64,000 bases of DNA from Phallusia mammillata. Taxonomy: Eukaryota. A program made the position numbers and the translations under genes. Every line of letters starts with the position of its first letter. Position 1 is the first letter of the stretch. Under the pieces are notes generated by a model, which saw nothing but the letters and a program-made list of their open reading frames with translations, searched no databases and was not told the origin of the DNA. The stretch covers positions 16,678,001 to 16,742,000 of the forward strand of contig OZ281501.1 in the NCBI GenBank assembly GCA_965637545.1. The letters are read 5' to 3'. Positions 63,401 through 64,000 of the stretch are shown piece after piece.

Positions 63401-63829
63401 ACCGGTGGAAATTTCTCACCAGTGGGAAATTATAAATCGTCGGAGCGAAATAGTTTAAGTCAGTGACACCAAAATTGCACAAAAAAATGTCATAAAAATA
63501 GCCGGGAGGAATTCGAATTGGGTGATTGGCTTTAGTCGAAAAACTTCACCTAAAAGTTTAAGAACCACTGATCTAAGACAAAAATACATCAACATTTTCC
63601 ATAGCTTGTATTTGCAGTTTCTATGTGAGCTAACTAAAACCAGTTACTCACGGCAGTTGAGTTTATCACAACATCCTCCATGTGTTGTTTCAACGCTCGG
63701 TCGCTTGTCAGTGAAAAAGGGGCAGATTTCTTTTGGGCAGTTGTAATCGGCTGGCGAAGCGGTATAGCAGTCACCATCACTTACACAAGTGTAGTTTGTA
63801 CAATCGTGTATCCAGTTTTGTCCAGGTAA
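41829..63829 (-). CDS. Gene B: tandem paralog of gene A, 3' portion only (central Cys-rich modules, D4, stalk, CTCK); 5' part lies beyond the window
   Basis: Exon-by-exon homology to gene A with conserved lengths and phases: 41829-42037 (209), 42318-42476 (159), 43533-44884 (1352), 46305-46949 (645), 47365-47575 (211), 52012-52659 (648), 52872-53082 (211), 53373-53962 (590), 54675-54854 (180), 57062-57185 (124), 61208-61385 and 63652-63829 (178). No stops or frameshifts seen in the exons checked. Confidence 0.88.
47077..47176. mobile_element. Small fold-back insertion, gene B-specific
   Basis: Inverted ends GTTTATAGAGCTCTTCTGGCA / TGCCAGAAGTGCTCTATAAAC enclose two copies of ATTCCGACGTTCCGACGTCCTA. 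Absent at the gene A site ~7640. Confidence 0.6.
48037..50971 (-). repeat. Gene B-specific tandem array of ~795-bp exon+intron units (three 477-nt phase 0-0 exons plus a 551-nt related exon)
   Basis: Exons 48037-48513, 48831-49307, 49625-50101 and 50421-50971. Donor-site spacing is 794, 794 and 796 bp. The introns are near-identical. Confidence 0.92.
51558..51863. mobile_element. hAT (Charlie-like) MITE, 306 bp, gene B-specific
   Basis: TIR CAGTGGTTCTCAA / TTGAGAACCACTG. Flanks TTTTAAGG / TTTTAAAG (7/8). Not seen in the homologous gene A intron 10744-10980. Confidence 0.85.
54675..57185 (-). CDS. Gene B D4 assembly with GDPH
   Basis: CYAFGDPHYITFDGQFYSF... plus the downstream VWD, C8-like and TIL exons, matching gene A. 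Confidence 0.85.
59560..59738. mobile_element. hAT-type MITE, 179 bp, gene B-specific
   Basis: Imperfect TIR CAGTGGTGGGATTCA / TGAATGTCACCGCTG. Perfect 8-bp TSD CATATAAT. Empty site CATATACT in gene A at ~18889. Confidence 0.88.
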
Positions 63830-64000
63830 CTGTATTGAATTCAATAAGAAAGTTGGTAGAGGGACGCATGTGAAGAACAAACTACGTTGCTGAATTTTAT
63901 TCAAATAACTCAAAAATATTACTGGAGACTTAAAGAGCTAAGTATACTGTTGGGTGACCCCAAAACTCGTGATACTTTTAAAGAAAGGTATTTTGTACAA

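Overview
AT-rich eukaryotic (animal) genomic DNA with many short GT-AG introns. The style suggests a marine invertebrate such as an ascidian, but the organism cannot be fixed from sequence alone. The window holds two tandem, minus-strand copies of a giant secreted vWF/gel-forming-mucin-type gene. Gene A is complete: ATG at 40037, stop at 2431. I hand-spliced 68 exons with consistent phases, giving 14,187 nt, about 4,730 aa. Its architecture is signal peptide - CUB - EGF - D1 - D2 - D' - D3 (VWD-C8-TIL-E) - Cys-rich modules - D4 with GDPH - about 2,100 aa Cys-rich repeat stalk - C-terminal cystine knot. It has no VWA domains and no PTS mucin domain. Gene B is a paralog offset by about 39.3 kb, with its stop at 41829 and its 5' part beyond the window end. 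The two copies differ by exon-level shuffling: a B-specific ~795-bp array of chimeric exons, a fused exon, a mosaic module whose junction carries an inverted templated insert, intragenic homogenisation patches, and a nearly identical 3' CTCK block. Introns carry several hAT-type MITEs (some copy-specific), tRNA-derived SINE-like remnants and degenerate Penelope-type hammerhead-like motifs. All alignments and gene models were done by eye; no database searches were run.
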